A DNA stretch of 63,994 nt, counting the filler, from Jimgerdemannia flammicorona (taxonomy: Eukaryota), in NCBI GenBank assembly GCA_003990765.1. It is 3 parts of 3 records of this genome, joined end to end, with 100 filler letters (N's around TTAATTAATTAA, not from the genome) between each part and the next. Parts side by side here need not be neighbours in the genome. Positions count along the whole stretch, not along the records: positions 42,987 to 63,994 come from RBNJ01001548.1; 2 more parts are not named here. One strand, given 5' to 3'. Below the pieces are notes generated by a model. That model was not told the DNA's origin and ran no database searches. It saw only the letters and a list, made by a program, of their open reading frames with translations. Positions 61,759-63,994 of this stretch are shown piece by piece (within the stretch, counting starts at the first letter, position 1; the number at the start of each line of letters is the position of its first letter). Made by a program: the position numbers and the translations under genes.

Positions 61759-62790
61759 CAGTTTACATAGAAATATTTACAGATGAGAATGTCAAAGGCG
61801 GTCGCCGGATGACTGATTGTATCTCCAAAACTAGGCGCAACAGTCCAAAGAGGACGAAAGACGTGCATAAACAATACCGGCTAGCAAAGCAAGGGATCAC
61901 TGCATCACATTGTTTCCTTGCGAGTTTCAGTCACCCTTTGGTTCATTCCACTTTGCCAATCTTGGGTAATAAGCGTCCAATTGGTTTGCCTAGCATCATT
62001 CAAACTACCGAAAAGCAGACCTCCTGAGACAGGAACTTTCAGGTAAACAAGGGTGCAAGCCTCCGCAGAACCATGATTTGCATCGTTATCCCATGAGCCG
62101 AAGCGACAGACAAAGATATTCGTCTCGCAACAAAACGGGATGAGGTAAAGCCACCATTGCCGCTTGTGGCCTCTGGTCGGGTGTTAACCGTGGCCGAACA
62201 GTATTCAAGATAAGAATATTTAGTACACATCCAAGCTGAAGGGGTTATTGCAGACTCCAATACAAACGGGAGGCTTGATATTCGTATAATACCATACATT
62301 TAAAATCAAATTTTAAAACTTTGAGCAGGAGTTCGTGTTTCACGAATTGTATATACCTCAAAGTCAGACATTCTCATTCAATGTCCACTTACGGGAAGTT
62401 ACCGTGAGAAGCCACAGTGGCAAAGGCTATTGTAGTTTGCAGGCTACAGGCCTCGAGTTGCTCGCGAGTGTTTTGGCAATTGGATAGCAAAAGCTATGTT
62501 CCAACAGGTGACGGATATTTATGATTCCATCAACGTACCACAATTAACGTACCAGATAGTTTTAGGGGCGAAGGGCTCACAAAACACACATTGCCACAAT
62601 CTTGCGAATCACAAGATTAATACCATAAAATGTTGGCGAACTTATTACGATTCGTCACTGATTGCCACGGAGTCCGTATAATCGGAGGAAACACAAAAGC
62701 CATGTAATATGGAGAGTAAGAAGGAGGGGGAAGGGTTCTGTTCCGAGGTTTATGATTTGTATATACTAGGACGTGACTTTGACCAACCTC

Positions 62791-62904
62791 TTTTACCTAG
62801 TCTTTTCATCAACTTGCACGTTATGGCAGATCGATTGATCGATTCTTTTTTTTACCTAGTCTTCTCATCAACTTTGCACGTTGTGGTAGATCAATTGATC
62901 GATT
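62791..62904. repeat. ~60-bp imperfect tandem duplication
   Basis: TTTTACCTAGTCTT(T/C)TCATCAACTT(T)GCACGTT...GATC(G/A)ATTGATCGATT twice. Confidence 0.8.
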
Positions 62905-63994
62905 GTTGGCTTAAGTATGTAGTTAGGCTTCTGTGAGGACAATAATAGCAGACAAACACATGGAAATGCATAATTTTTTTTTTGTTGTCATTTATTCAGA
63001 CATGTTGCTAGTAATGGCTAAATTTACAGATTTATTCACTACAGGACTTAGGGGTATTTATACTATTATCTAATAGTATAACTATAACTGGTGGTAGTTA
63101 ACCGAATCACCAACTGCAAAGTTCACCTGACCAAAGGCCACGGTCCATACAACCATACATTAACTTAGTAAGTATAACTTTAAGTTATTTGGTTTATATT
63201 CATTTGAATCAGATCAGTTTTAAATTTAATTTATAAATTTATTATTTTTATTTAATAAATATAGATTTTATAATATAGTTACTATTTCAAAATTCATACT
63301 TATTAAATTGTTCAACGAGCAAATGTCCTAGCTTCCGTCTTACCTCGGTCACCCCGACCCTGTTGAATCAGTTCTTTTGGTTGTGTCGCGTTCGCCTTTG
63401 TCACGTGATGACCGCGGCTGCACACCACGAGTCGTCTAGGACCAAACTTCCGCGCCCTGACCCGGTTTACGGGACTGGGCAGCCCGTAGGCCTCCAAAAC
63501 GGGGTTTTAAAAAGCGGCTTTGAGAGCGTGGAGCGAAGGGTAGGGACTTTGCGAAGTAGTTGATAGTGACAGAAGGCAAATAGATGCTGTACATCACCAG
63601 AGGCAATATAGAGGGTCGATTTACCAGCCGTATACCAATTGCAGCCGTCCTCAAACTCCTTCCAAAACGTGGTGGCGCTGAACTTGGGCTATGCTGTTGC
63701 AAACGCCAGAATCTACTGATATTATTAAGGCAGCAAGTTCTACGTTGCCGTGGCTACCCGATTCCCAGAGTAATCAGTAAGCATTGTGTAAATATACGTG
63801 AGGAGGGCGGGTTTCATGATGTCAGCTTTGTATGCGCTAATGGTTTGTTCTCTGTTTTCGTTTAGTGTGCATGCCTACCAATATGTATGTGATCTTTGTT
63901 GGAAGATCTTGAATATTGTATATCGATGGTGAAGGTTCCGATTTAGAACGATCTTCCCCAATGGTTGTGCATATCAGCGGTTGAAAAGGGGGGG

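Noticed and set aside
61920..63900. Coding-looking fragments (minus strand 61920-62300; 63312-63865) and an AT-rich insert at about 63050-63310
   Set aside because: No family could be assigned and no convincing TIR or TSD was found.

Overview
Eukaryotic, transposon-rich sequence, most likely from an early-diverging fungus (inference from the gene families present and the intron style). The window is three contigs of about 21 kb (1-21394, 21495-42886, 42987-63994) joined by 100-bp N44-TTAATTAATTAA-N44 linkers, so adjacency across the gaps is not trustworthy. Positions 630-35004 are a nest of decayed retroelements: three copies (A, B, C) of one chromodomain- and dUTPase-bearing Ty3/gypsy family, a second dUTPase-bearing Ty3/gypsy family (D), two L1/Tx1-like LINEs and an LTR end from another family (F). 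Then come a tandem BTB-SPRY gene plus pseudogene, an F-box/LRR gene, an Spt5 pseudogene, a third dUTPase-gypsy fragment interrupted by a hAT-type MITE, a DIRS-like remnant, ankyrin pseudogenes, and a mosaic in which an LTR/gag fragment (E) is fused in frame to SEL1 and ankyrin repeats. Main result: three LTR families that look unrelated at the nucleotide level (B/C, D, E) each carry a long ORF inside the U3 part of the LTR, upstream of the TATA box, and these ORFs align with each other by eye. This points to a shared LTR-encoded accessory protein whose cassette is swapped between LTR variants of one family. Also notable: a conserved CPHG-x11-CxxC module next to the dUTPase in two different domain orders, and CpG plus CpA-directed C-to-T decay of the repeats.
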